Shown: piece by piece, positions 42,101 through 51,475 of the stretch
How the letters are laid out: each line of letters opens with the position of its first letter
Position numbering within the stretch: the stretch's first letter is position 1
DNA from: Pseudonocardiales bacterium
GTDB lineage: Bacteria > Actinomycetota > Actinomycetes > Mycobacteriales > Pseudonocardiaceae
DNA length: 64,000 nucleotides
Reading direction: 5' to 3'
Assembly: GCA_023252195.1 (NCBI GenBank)
Contig: JAHEXI010000008.1
Span: forward strand, 96,980-160,979
The notes under the pieces: model-generated
The model's input: the letters and a program-made list of their open reading frames with translations, nothing else
Database searches by the model: none
Told to the model about the DNA's origin: nothing
Position numbers and translations under genes: made by a program

Positions 42101-45100
42101 TCAGCCGGTGTAGACGCGGCCGGTGTAGCGCTGCCCGATCAGCGTGGGAAGCCGGGTCCAGCCGGCCCGTCGCAGCGTCTCGACGTGCAAGTCCACCAGA
42201 TCCACGGGGTGGAGGTAGATCACCTCGTCGACGTGGCCCCAGCCCAGCGTGGGGGCCCCCGGCGGGGTGAGCTGGGAGGGCAGCTCGACGAACTTGGCGG
42301 TGCGGTCGACCTGCAGCAGCGTGCCGCCGTTGTCGGCGAACGTCGAGTTGTAGAGGATCGAGCCCTCCATGCCGTCCGCGGCCCGTAGCCGCAGCGCGGG
42401 AGGCTGCACCAGGCCGTCTCGCACGGCGATCTGCTGCTCGCAGGGCCACAGGGCGGCGGAAACCTGGTCGGCGAACACCGGCCGGCCAGCGATGATGTCG
42501 GTGACCGGGCGGGGCGCGGTCAGTCGGGGTTGCGCGATCGCCAGCCAACTGTTCGGACCGGCCACGCGGTCCTGGGCCACCACCCGCACCGCGGTCGGCG
42601 CGGCCAGACCGGCGTCGGCCAGCGCCACGGTCAGCTCGGTCCAGTCGGGTTTGTCCCCGACTGCGGGCAGCGGCACCGTACGCACCTGCCCCGGTGTGGC
42701 CGGATCGCCGGTGGTCGGATCGCCGGTTGTCACCTGCACGGCCAGCCACTGTTCCTGGTTGAGCTTGCCCCGCATCGGCACGGTCACCGAGGCATCGACA
42801 AGGTGACCGGGCAGCGGGTACCAGGGAGTCTGCAGGGACCCGGTGCCAGTGCCGCTGGGCACGTCGTCGTGCCACACCGTGCTGTTCGGCGGTGCGCGCA
42901 GCGGTACCGGCGTCGATTCCGGCAGCGGTGCTGCCCGCATGTCGCCGGTCAGCGCCGCGGTCCCGACCGCTGGCCCTAACCCTGGTTTAGCGGTGGTGAG
43001 TGCCTGCACCGCCGGGGCCAAGCCGCAGGTCCGGCCGGTGAGCGCTCGCAGGTTCATCAGCGTCACCGAGGTGCCCGGGTACTGACGCAGCGGCGCGACG
43101 GTGAACACCAGCAGCATCAGCACCACTCCGAGGCCGGTCGCGGTGACCAGCACGGCCCGGGTTGGTCCCAGCCGGCGCAGCCACCACCAGCCCACTGCGG
43201 CCACGGCCAGCCACAGCAGCGGGTTGCGCAACGCCAGTGGTCCCAACGACGGCGCGAGCAAGCTCTGGTCGTAGGGCCTGTCGATGAGCAGGTGGTTGCC
43301 GAAGGGCTGACCCCAGTCCGACAACGGGCGCCACAGGTTGGGCCCAGCGAAGGCGACCGACACGGCGGCCACCAGCCCGGCGCTGCCGATGGCCATCGTC
43401 GCGGCGCTAACCCGACGAGGTAGCGGTGATCGGATCAGCGCAGCGGCCAGCAGCACGGTGGCCGGCGCTGCGACGGCCTCGAAGTGGTTCACCCATTTCG
43501 TCGGAGTGAGCGCCAACACGGCCAGGCCCAGCGCGGTGATCGCCGCTGCCTCACCCAGTAGCCGGCCGCTGCGCCCTGCGGTGCCGGGACGCCGCCCCGC
43601 GCCCAGTGCCACGGCTAGCAGCACACCCAGCGTCAGCAACACCGGCAGCCGCTTGCCCCACGCCCCCCGCTCGTCGGGCACCAGCAGGTCGGCGTAGTGC
43701 AGGTACTCGTCGTACCAAGCGTATTGACGGTAGTACCAGCGGTGCACCGCAACCGATTCCAGCACGTCGCCCAGGGTGGCGTCGGCGAAAGCGACCGGGA
43801 TGACGATCGAGGCGGCGGCGCCCACCAACAGCACCGCCGTGACCCGGCTGCGCGCAGACTCGGCCCGCCACCACTGCCACAGCCACGGCAGGCACACCAC
43901 CAACGGTGCGGCGGCGACCAGACCGGTGGGCGACGCCGTCACGGTGAGCGCAGCGACGGCGACGGCGACGGCGAACACCCCCACCGACCGACGCCGGCGG
44001 GCCAACTCGGACAACACGAGCACCCCTGCGGTGCCCAGCGCGATCAGCGGTTCGGGACGCAGCGTCATGCCGTAGGGCAGCCACCACAGCAGGTGCGCGG
44101 CCGCCACCGCCCACGCCGCCAAGGATCGCTGGGCCACCCGGCCAAGCGCCGTTGCGACCAGCACCCGGAGCAGGGCGTAGGTCGCCAGCCCGTAGGCCAG
44201 CGGCAGCAACCGCATCCAGCCCAGGCTCCAGTCGCCGCCGAGGGCGCCCCAGGCCTGCATGACGTACTGACTGGCGACAAACGGGTTCTCGGTGACGTTG
44301 AACTGGTAGATGACATTGCCGAGGTAGCCCGACTGCATCGCGTTGCGAGCCATCAGCAGATACCAGGAGTCGTCGATGTTGACCGGTCCCGCTAACACCC
44401 AGAACAGCGACACCGCGACGACCACAGCATCGGCCCAGGACGGGCGCGGTCGGACCAGGCCGGGTCCGGCGCCGCGCCACCACCGCCAGGCCAGCACGAG
44501 CAGTGCCGCCAGCGCGAGACCGTGCGCGACCAGCAATGCCGTCTTGAGCAACGTGGGATGTGACTGGTACCGCGCGTCAGTGTGCAGCTGTACCGAAAGA
44601 CCGCTGGCCCCCACCGCGTCCGTCTGCAGCTCAGCGACCTGCGGCACCAGCAGATCCGTCCGCGTGCCGATGCCGGCACCGTCCCTGGTCACTCGCACGC
44701 CGCCCGCATCGGCGAGCACCTGGTAGGAGCAGGGGCCGCCGGGCAGCGCCTGACGTAGCACCTCGGCACCGGAGGCGGTGACCGTCACGACACCCTGGTC
44801 CGCGGTCACCACCAGGCCCTCGCCCGGGGCGGTGCCCACGTCGGCGGGCACCGTGCGCAGTGCCTCACCCCCACCCGGGCGGGCGTCCAGCGCTCGCAGC
44901 GTCGCGCACGGAACCGTCGCGGTGAGCTGCAACGGGCGGTAGGGCGACAGTGGCAGCACCGTCGAGCTGGGTTGCTGTCCAGCACGTGGCCAGCTCACCA
45001 CCGGATCGTCGGCGATCACCGGCGCGAGCATCACCAGGATCCCCAACACCCCGGTGACCAGCGCCAGCGCCGCGATCACCCATCCCAGCCGGCGTCGATC

Positions 45101-45130
45101 CCCGACGTCGCGGCCAGCGCGGATAGGCAC
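42101..45130 (-). CDS. Emb-like arabinosyltransferase, paralog B
   Basis: NIDDSWY, LRPEP, TPTKWVNHF, WPC; TACCCT -10 box 6 nt upstream. Confidence 0.85.
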   Translation of the reverse strand: MPIRAGRDVGDRRRLGWVIAALALVTGVLGILVMLAPVIADDPVVSWPRAGQQPSSTVLPLSPYRPLQLTATVPCATLRALDARPGGGEALRTVPADVGTAPGEGLVVTADQGVVTVTASGAEVLRQALPGGPCSYQVLADAGGVRVTRDGAGIGTRTDLLVPQVAELQTDAVGASGLSVQLHTDARYQSHPTLLKTALLVAHGLALAALLVLAWRWWRGAGPGLVRPRPSWADAVVVAVSLFWVLAGPVNIDDSWYLLMARNAMQSGYLGNVIYQFNVTENPFVASQYVMQAWGALGGDWSLGWMRLLPLAYGLATYALLRVLVATALGRVAQRSLAAWAVAAAHLLWWLPYGMTLRPEPLIALGTAGVLVLSELARRRRSVGVFAVAVAVAALTVTASPTGLVAAAPLVVCLPWLWQWWRAESARSRVTAVLLVGAAASIVIPVAFADATLGDVLESVAVHRWYYRQYAWYDEYLHYADLLVPDERGAWGKRLPVLLTLGVLLAVALGAGRRPGTAGRSGRLLGEAAAITALGLAVLALTPTKWVNHFEAVAAPATVLLAAALIRSPLPRRVSAATMAIGSAGLVAAVSVAFAGPNLWRPLSDWGQPFGNHLLIDRPYDQSLLAPSLGPLALRNPLLWLAVAAVGWWWLRRLGPTRAVLVTATGLGVVLMLLVFTVAPLRQYPGTSVTLMNLRALTGRTCGLAPAVQALTTAKPGLGPAVGTAALTGDMRAAPLPESTPVPLRAPPNSTVWHDDVPSGTGTGSLQTPWYPLPGHLVDASVTVPMRGKLNQEQWLAVQVTTGDPTTGDPATPGQVRTVPLPAVGDKPDWTELTVALADAGLAAPTAVRVVAQDRVAGPNSWLAIAQPRLTAPRPVTDIIAGRPVFADQVSAALWPCEQQIAVRDGLVQPPALRLRAADGMEGSILYNSTFADNGGTLLQVDRTAKFVELPSQLTPPGAPTLGWGHVDEVIYLHPVDLVDLHVETLRRAGWTRLPTLIGQRYTGRVYTG

Positions 45131-45293
45131 CGCGGCAGGGTACGACTAACGGAGTTGTCCCGTGTGGTGGGTGTCGGTCGCGACGGGTGCGGTGGCCTAG
45201 GGTGAGTGGAGGTGCGCCGGGAAGGCTGGTCGGCAGTGGCTGTCGGATGTCTTCAGGAGGTTGTCGTGTCTGCCGCCTTGACCTGGTCGCCGG

Positions 45294-46787
45294 GTGATTT
45301 CGGGGTCTGCGGTGGATGACGTCGTCCCGTTCGGTGTGGTCATCGCCATCATCAGCGTGGCTGGGCTGCTGGCGGTGTTGTCGAACCGGGTCAGCGAACG
45401 GATCCGGGTGCCGGCTCCAGCGATCTTCCTGGTAGCCGCCGCGGTTGCTTCGGACCTGGTACCGGCGCTGGGGCGGGTGCCCATTCTCACGGTGCAGCGG
45501 GTGGTCACCGTGATGCTGATCTTGTTGTTGTTCGACGGTGGTATGCACATCGGCTGGCGGCGGTTTCGCGCCGCTGGCGGCGGGGTGTTGTGGATCGGTG
45601 TGGTCGGCACTGTGGTCACCGCGGTGGGGGTGGCGGTGCTGGCGCACCTGGTGTTCGGGTTCGACTGGCGGGCCGGGCTGCTGCTGGGTGTCGCGGTGGC
45701 CCCTACTGACCCGGCCGTGGTGTTCTCGGTGTTGGGCCGCCGGGAGATCTCCGGCCGGTCGGGCACCCTGCTGGAGGGTGAGTCCGGGGTGAACGACCCG
45801 GTCGGTATCGCCGCGATGGCCGCGCTGCTGGCTGCCGGAACCGCCGGTGGCTGGCACGCCGTGGGCGCCGGGGTAGGCGAGTTCGCCCTGGAGATGGTCG
45901 TCGGTGCCGCGATCGGCATCGCGGCCGGGTACGCGTTGTCGGTGGCGATGCGCCGGGTACCACTGCCCAGCGGGGCGCTGTACCCGCTGCGGACCCTGTT
46001 GGGTGCCGGGGCGATCTACGGGCTGGCCAACCTGGCCCACGGGTCGGGGTTTCTCGCCGTGTTCGTCGCCGGAATCCTCGTCGGGGACCTGCGCGCCCCG
46101 TACAAGGCCGACATCGAACGGTTCCACTCGTCACTGGCCAGCTTGGCGGAAATCGTCGCGTTCGCCATGCTCGGCCTGACTGTGTCCCTGACTGGGCTGG
46201 CTCACGGCACCGCCTGGTGGGTCGGTCTGGCCTTGGCGGTGCTGCTGGCCCTGGTGGTGCGCCCGGTGCTGGTCGGGCTGCTCCTGCTGCCCATCAAGAT
46301 CAATAATGGTGAGCGGGTGTTCGTGATGTGGTCCGGGCTCAAAGGCGCGGTGCCTATCCTGCTGGGCACCTACATCCTGTCCGCCGGCGTACCAGGGGCC
46401 GACCGCCTGTACCAGATCGTGGTCGTCGTGGTGGCGTTCTCGGTGATCGTGCAGGGCGGCCTGGTGCCTACCGTGGCCCACCACACGGGAGTGCCCATGC
46501 GGGTCCTGCAACCCGAACCCTGGGCGCTGGGCATGCGTTTCCGCGACGAGCCCACCGGCTTGCACCGCTACGACGTCACCGCCGGCGCTCCCGCGGACGG
46601 CTGCACCATCGCCGACCTCGCGCTGGGCGAGGACACCTGGATCAGCATGATCAACCGGAACGGTGTCCTGGTACCCGTCCGCGGCGGCACCGTGCTGCAG
46701 GCCGGTGACGAGGTGCTGCTGCTGGCCGACCCGGACACCGACACCGACCCGCAGCCGCTGTTCACTCCGCGTCGCTCGACGTCGTGA
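45294..46787 (+). CDS. Cation:proton antiporter (NhaP2/CvrA-like) with TrkA-C domain
   Basis: LLFDGG, PTDPAVV, EGESGVNDP, GSGFLAVF, GLKGAVP; C-terminal GGTVLQAGDEV. Confidence 0.9.
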   Translation: MISGSAVDDVVPFGVVIAIISVAGLLAVLSNRVSERIRVPAPAIFLVAAAVASDLVPALGRVPILTVQRVVTVMLILLLFDGGMHIGWRRFRAAGGGVLWIGVVGTVVTAVGVAVLAHLVFGFDWRAGLLLGVAVAPTDPAVVFSVLGRREISGRSGTLLEGESGVNDPVGIAAMAALLAAGTAGGWHAVGAGVGEFALEMVVGAAIGIAAGYALSVAMRRVPLPSGALYPLRTLLGAGAIYGLANLAHGSGFLAVFVAGILVGDLRAPYKADIERFHSSLASLAEIVAFAMLGLTVSLTGLAHGTAWWVGLALAVLLALVVRPVLVGLLLLPIKINNGERVFVMWSGLKGAVPILLGTYILSAGVPGADRLYQIVVVVVAFSVIVQGGLVPTVAHHTGVPMRVLQPEPWALGMRFRDEPTGLHRYDVTAGAPADGCTIADLALGEDTWISMINRNGVLVPVRGGTVLQAGDEVLLLADPDTDTDPQPLFTPRRSTS

Positions 46788-46842
46788 ACTCGACAGCACG
46801 GACGTTTCGGCGCCGAAAAATGTCGGTACCGTCGAGTTCACG
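46783..46842. repeat. Palindromic element family B, copy 3
   Basis: CGTGAACTCGAC...GTCGAGTTCACG. Confidence 0.9.
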
Positions 46843-46865
46843 ACATGGACCACCGGCGGCTGGGT

Positions 46866-47246
46866 TTAGCGGATGATCTGGATGGGGATGTCGACGTCGA
46901 GGGCGGCCCAGGCAGTGTGGGCGGTGACCGTGGTCAGGTCCAATCTGGCGGCCAAGGCCAGGCAGCATCGATCGCCCAGAGACAACCCCGCCGCGCGGGT
47001 GCTCGTCCACATGCGCGCGGCGGTGACCGCGTCGGCTTCGGTGAGCGGTTCTACCCGAACCCCGAGGGTGCGCAACCGGCTGGTGGCTCGCCCGGCGTCG
47101 GCGCCATGCTGGTGGAGCTTTTGCCAGGTCTCTGACCAGTTCGCCGCAGACATGACCGCGACGGGGAGCAGCGGGTGCACCACGTTGGCGCCGGGTTCGT
47201 CACGCAGCCACGCCAGCACCGCTGAGGCATCCAACACGACCGTCAC
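46866..47246 (-). CDS. vapC: VapC-family PIN toxin
   Basis: VVLDASAVLA, N..E, LSLGDRCCLALA. Confidence 0.85.
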   Translation of the reverse strand: MTVVLDASAVLAWLRDEPGANVVHPLLPVAVMSAANWSETWQKLHQHGADAGRATSRLRTLGVRVEPLTEADAVTAARMWTSTRAAGLSLGDRCCLALAARLDLTTVTAHTAWAALDVDIPIQIIR

Positions 47247-47554
47247 GATTGATCCTCACGGGTCGCTTCAGCGCGGCGGTCGGCGATGAGTTCGTCCACC
47301 ACTGATCCCCCACCTGCCCAAGCGGCGGCGACGTCACGACGGATGCGGTCGGCCAGCTGCTCACGAGTTTCAATTACCACCCGGCCGTCTTCGACGTATG
47401 CCACCAACGGCACTCCAGCCTCGATTCCCGCGGCGCGGCGCACCTGTGCCGGGATCGTCACTCGTCCCTGCTCGTTGACAGAGATTTCGACACCCGGCCA
47501 CTCTGACGGGATATGTGTCACAAGCTGAGAGTACCTGCCATGCGGCGGCTTCAC
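47243..47554 (-). CDS. vapB: AbrB/MazE/SpoVT-family antitoxin (true start probably downstream of 47554)
   Basis: VNEQGRVTIPAQVRRAAGI, SVVDELIADRR; overlaps the toxin start. Confidence 0.82.
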   Translation of the reverse strand: MKPPHGRYSQLVTHIPSEWPGVEISVNEQGRVTIPAQVRRAAGIEAGVPLVAYVEDGRVVIETREQLADRIRRDVAAAWAGGGSVVDELIADRRAEATREDQS

Positions 47555-47556
47555 GG

Positions 47557-50500
47557 TCAGTCGGTGGCGTTTCCGTGGTAGCTCTTGGCGGCGAGGGTGG
47601 GAAGGCGCGTCCAGCCGGCCCTGCGGACCGCGTGGACGTGCAGGTCGACCAGCCCGACGGGGTGGTCGTAGACGACCCGCTCGACCCGGCCCCAGGGCAA
47701 CGTGGGCGGCCCGCTGGGCACCAGCCGGGCGGGCATCCGCACGGCAGTGCCGGAGCGGCTCACCGGCACCTCAGTGCCGCCCCGGTGCAGCTCGAACCCG
47801 AGATCGAGGAAGCCCCGGCCGAAATCCTCGTCGCTAAGCAGCAGCACCTGGGGGGCACGGGCGATGCCATGATCGACGCCGACCTGGTCGAGGCAGGGCA
47901 ACAGCGCCGCGGTGAGCTGGTCGACGTACACCGGCCGGCTGGCGATAAACGTCGTCAGCGGACGCCACGTGGCCAGCCGCGGCTGGCCTACCGCAAGCCA
48001 GCTGTCGGCATCGGTCTCCATCCAGTCGCGGATCACCACCCGCACGCTCGACGGCCGCTGCTTGCCGAGCCGGTCCAGGGCAACGGCTGCTTGGTGCCAC
48101 TGGGTCCTGGGCACGGCCGGGTCCGGCCGCAGCGATGCGCTGCCCGCCACGGCGGGGTTGCGCCCAGCGGCGGTGGCGTACTCCAGGGTCAGCTGCTGGG
48201 CGGCTCGAGCGCCGAGCAGCGGGACCAGCAGGGTGCTGCCACCATCGGGTGGCAGCGCGAACCACGGCGTGACGAGCAAGCCCGCCGGGCTCGTCAGTGA
48301 GCTCGTGTCCGGGTCGCTGCGCAGGTCGGTGTCGACGGCGTCGTGCCAGACCAGCGTGCCCGGATTCGGCGCGGGCACTGGCTCGGGTAACGGCCGGTTC
48401 GCGGCAGCGGCGAACCCACCCTCGGTGATCGCCGATCCGACCGGCACCGGTTGTGCCGGTATGTCGACTAGGACCTGTGCGTAGTCGGCCAGTGAGCACG
48501 GTTGGCCTTGGACCGCCCGAACCGCAGACAGGGCCACCGACCAGCCCGGATACTGCCGCAACGGCGCCCACCAGAAGACCACGATGATCATCACCACCAT
48601 CGCCGTCGAGCCGGTCAGCAACACCGCTCGGTCGGGAGTCAGTGCCGAGTCCCGATCGCGGCGCCGCCGCCACCACATCCATCCGCCTGCGGCCACCGCG
48701 ACCGCCACCCAGACCAGCGGGTTTGCCAGCTGCACGGGGCCCAGCTTCGGGCGCATGCCCACCAGGTCGGGGTGGTCCGCGGACGCGGTGAGGTGGTTGC
48801 CGAAGGGCTGGCCGCGGTCGGAATAGGGCCGCCACAGGTTGGGCCCGGCGAAACTCCAGGACACCGCACCGATCATCAGCGCTGTCCCCACCGTGGCCGC
48901 GAGGACGCTGGCACGATGGCGCCGCAGACCAGCCTGCACCGCGGCCAACAGCGGGGAGCGCAGCAGCGCGGCGGCGAGCAACACCATGGGCGCGGCCGCC
49001 GCCGCCCCGAAGTGGTTGACGAACTTCGTCGGCGTCGGAGCCAGTAGCGCCAAGGCCAACGCCGAGCACCCCGCACTGCTCACCAGCAACCGCCGCACCG
49101 GATCGTCGCGGTCCCCGTTGCCTGACTCTGCGCTTCCCGAACTGCACAGCAGTGCTGTCCGCAGCCGGGTGAACAGCGCTGCTGTGGAGCTCGGGAAGCG
49201 CAGCGCACGTGAGCAGTTCAGAGCGACGACTAGCAGGACGGCGATTGTGAGCACCACAGGGGCTCGGCGGGCCCACTGGCTGGAATCCTCGAAGCTCAGG
49301 ATCGTCTTGTAGTGGACGTTCTCCTGGTACCAGGAGAACGTCTGGTAGTACCACCGGTGCACTGCGGCGGACTCGAGCACGTCGCCGAGCGTCGCGTCGG
49401 CGAATCCCACCAGCACCAGGCTGGTGCTCGCGGCGGCCAGTACCAGGACCGCAGCCACCCGCGCCGCGGCGCGCTGTGCGCGCAGCCACCGCCACAGCCA
49501 CGGCAGGGCCAGCACCAGCGGTGCGATGGCGACCAGCCCGGACGGGGAGACCGACATCGCTAGCGCGGCGGTGGCGGTGGCGGCGGCGAGCGCGCCGACC
49601 GAGCGGCGTCGCCGGGCCAGCTCCGCCAGCAGCAGCGTCGCAGCGGCCAGCAGCACGATCAGCGGTTCGGGACGCAGCGTCATTCCGTAGGGCAGCCACC
49701 ACAGCAGGTAGGCCACCAGCAGCGCCCAGGTAGCCCGGCTGGTGTCCAGCTCGCGACCGAAACCCGCAACGAGCAGCAGGCGCAGCAGCAGCCAGGTGAC
49801 CAGCCCGTAGGCCAGCGGCACCAGCCGCATCCACGCCAGGCCCCACCCGCCGAGCGAACCCCACAGCTGCAGCACGTACTGGCTGGCCACGAAGGGGTTC
49901 TCGGTAACGTTGAACATGTAGATCGCATTGCCGACCGACCCTGAGGCGTTGGCACCGCGGGCCATCTGCATGTACCAGGAGTCGTCGAAGTTCGTCGGAG
50001 CCAGCAGCACCCACATCGCCGAGACGACGACTAGCACGGCGTCAGCGACGTGTAGGCGAAGTCGCGCGGGTGCAGCGGTTATCGGCTGGGCGCCCCACCA
50101 CCGCCAGGCCAACCCGAGCAGCATCAGCAGGGCCGCGGCGCAGGTCACTAGCAGTCCGGTCTTCAGCGCTGTCGGGGTGGATTCATAGCGGGCATCGGTG
50201 TGTAGCGACACCGCCAACCCCGACGCCGCCGGCTGGCCGTCCAGCTCGGTGGTCAGCTCGCTGACCTCCGGTACCTGCACCGACGCAGAGCCGCGTCGCA
50301 GCCCGTCGCGCAGTACCCGCACGCCGCCGGCGTCGGCCAATACCCGGTAGGTACACCCGCCGTCCGGCAGCACCTCGCGCAGCACCGTCCGGCCCGAGGC
50401 GGTCACCTGCACCGTGCCGCCGTGGACCGCGACGACCAGACCCTGGCTGAGCTGGCCCGGCTTGCCGGCGGTGGCGGGCAGGGTGCGCAGCGCGTCGCCG

Positions 50501-50757
50501 CCGCCGCGTTGACGGTCCAGCGCGGACAGCGCGGCGCACGGCACCCGGGCGGTCAGGCTCACCGGTCGGTAGGGCACCAGCGGCAGCACCGTGGAGCGCG
50601 CCGGCTGGCCGGCCGGTGGCCAGCTGACCACCGGGTCCTGGGCGGTCACCGGGGCCAGCAGCACTCCGATCGCCGCGACCAGGGTCAGCGCGGCCAGCCC
50701 GGCGAGCACGCCCGCTCGGGAGGTCACGGAGCGTTGCACGTCGGCGGCCGCAAGCAC
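47557..50757 (-). CDS. Emb-like arabinosyltransferase, paralog C (carries an in-frame palindrome insertion)
   Basis: NFDDSWY, LRPEP, TPTKFVNHFG, LPC; TACCCT -10 box 6 nt upstream. Confidence 0.85.
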   Translation of the reverse strand: MLAAADVQRSVTSRAGVLAGLAALTLVAAIGVLLAPVTAQDPVVSWPPAGQPARSTVLPLVPYRPVSLTARVPCAALSALDRQRGGGDALRTLPATAGKPGQLSQGLVVAVHGGTVQVTASGRTVLREVLPDGGCTYRVLADAGGVRVLRDGLRRGSASVQVPEVSELTTELDGQPAASGLAVSLHTDARYESTPTALKTGLLVTCAAALLMLLGLAWRWWGAQPITAAPARLRLHVADAVLVVVSAMWVLLAPTNFDDSWYMQMARGANASGSVGNAIYMFNVTENPFVASQYVLQLWGSLGGWGLAWMRLVPLAYGLVTWLLLRLLLVAGFGRELDTSRATWALLVAYLLWWLPYGMTLRPEPLIVLLAAATLLLAELARRRRSVGALAAATATAALAMSVSPSGLVAIAPLVLALPWLWRWLRAQRAAARVAAVLVLAAASTSLVLVGFADATLGDVLESAAVHRWYYQTFSWYQENVHYKTILSFEDSSQWARRAPVVLTIAVLLVVALNCSRALRFPSSTAALFTRLRTALLCSSGSAESGNGDRDDPVRRLLVSSAGCSALALALLAPTPTKFVNHFGAAAAAPMVLLAAALLRSPLLAAVQAGLRRHRASVLAATVGTALMIGAVSWSFAGPNLWRPYSDRGQPFGNHLTASADHPDLVGMRPKLGPVQLANPLVWVAVAVAAGGWMWWRRRRDRDSALTPDRAVLLTGSTAMVVMIIVVFWWAPLRQYPGWSVALSAVRAVQGQPCSLADYAQVLVDIPAQPVPVGSAITEGGFAAAANRPLPEPVPAPNPGTLVWHDAVDTDLRSDPDTSSLTSPAGLLVTPWFALPPDGGSTLLVPLLGARAAQQLTLEYATAAGRNPAVAGSASLRPDPAVPRTQWHQAAVALDRLGKQRPSSVRVVIRDWMETDADSWLAVGQPRLATWRPLTTFIASRPVYVDQLTAALLPCLDQVGVDHGIARAPQVLLLSDEDFGRGFLDLGFELHRGGTEVPVSRSGTAVRMPARLVPSGPPTLPWGRVERVVYDHPVGLVDLHVHAVRRAGWTRLPTLAAKSYHGNATD
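49135..49196. repeat. Palindromic element family A, copy 4 (62 bp; intragenic)
   Basis: TCCCGAACTGCACAGCAG...CTGCTGTGGAGCTCGGGA; pairing extends to 49128-49203. Confidence 0.9.
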
Positions 50758-50780
50758 CGCGCGAGGGTAACCGGCCGCCC

Positions 50781-51248
50781 ATGTCGGTACCCTGCTCGGA
50801 CCGGATCACATCCGGCGAGAAGCCTGAAGGGAGACCCCGGTTGGCCGCACCGCAGCTGCAGGCGAGGTCGCGCCTGTCGACCCAGCTGACCCGTTTCGTC
50901 CTGGTCGGCGGGGTCGCCGCCGTGGTGGACTACAGCATCTACCAGGCGTTGCTGGCCACCGGCCTGTGGGTGCACCTGGCCAAGGCGCTGAGTTTCATCG
51001 CCGGCACGACCACCGCGTACCTGATCAACCGCAGGTGGACGTTCCAGGGCACGGGTGGGCGCGGGGAGTTCGCCTCGGTGATGGCGTTGTACGGCATCAC
51101 CTTTGTCGTTCAAGTGGGCATGAACGCGGTGATGCTGGCGCTGCTGCCGCCGATCCGCGGCGAGATCACTTGCGCATTCATCGTGGCTCAGGGCATCGCC
51201 ACGAGTATTAACTTCATCGTGCAGCGCACCGTGATCTTCCGTGATTGA
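50781..51248 (+). CDS. GtrA family protein (Rv3789-like)
   Basis: RFVLVGG, AKALSFIAGTTTAYLINRRWTF, NFIVQRTVIF. Confidence 0.9.
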   Translation: MSVPCSDRITSGEKPEGRPRLAAPQLQARSRLSTQLTRFVLVGGVAAVVDYSIYQALLATGLWVHLAKALSFIAGTTTAYLINRRWTFQGTGGRGEFASVMALYGITFVVQVGMNAVMLALLPPIRGEITCAFIVAQGIATSINFIVQRTVIFRD

Positions 51249-51390
51249 TCAATGAGAAACGCCCAGATGGGTGGGAACGGCGACGCGCCGCACCATAACG
51301 TACGCGCCACGCCGGGGTATCACTCGCATGGAGCATACCAATAGTGGCACAATGAGACATGCGGGTTCGGGACCCCCAGCCGGATCCGCC

Positions 51391-51430
51391 GCCCCTCGCG
51401 GAACACCTCCCCCTCGTTTCCGCGAGGGGC
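51391..51430. terminator. 13-bp perfect stem-loop between convergent genes
   Basis: GCCCCTCGCGGAA / TTCCGCGAGGGGC; no U-tract. Confidence 0.45.
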
Positions 51431-51475
51431 CCCACATGGGCCCGGGATTCCTTGAGTGAGTCACCTCCCGGTCGA

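Noticed and set aside
47834..50014. Long alternative-frame ORFs (726 aa here; also 36365..37978, 59813..61498, 5348..6394)
   Set aside because: Arg/Gly/Pro-rich shadow frames of real genes, expected in high-GC DNA
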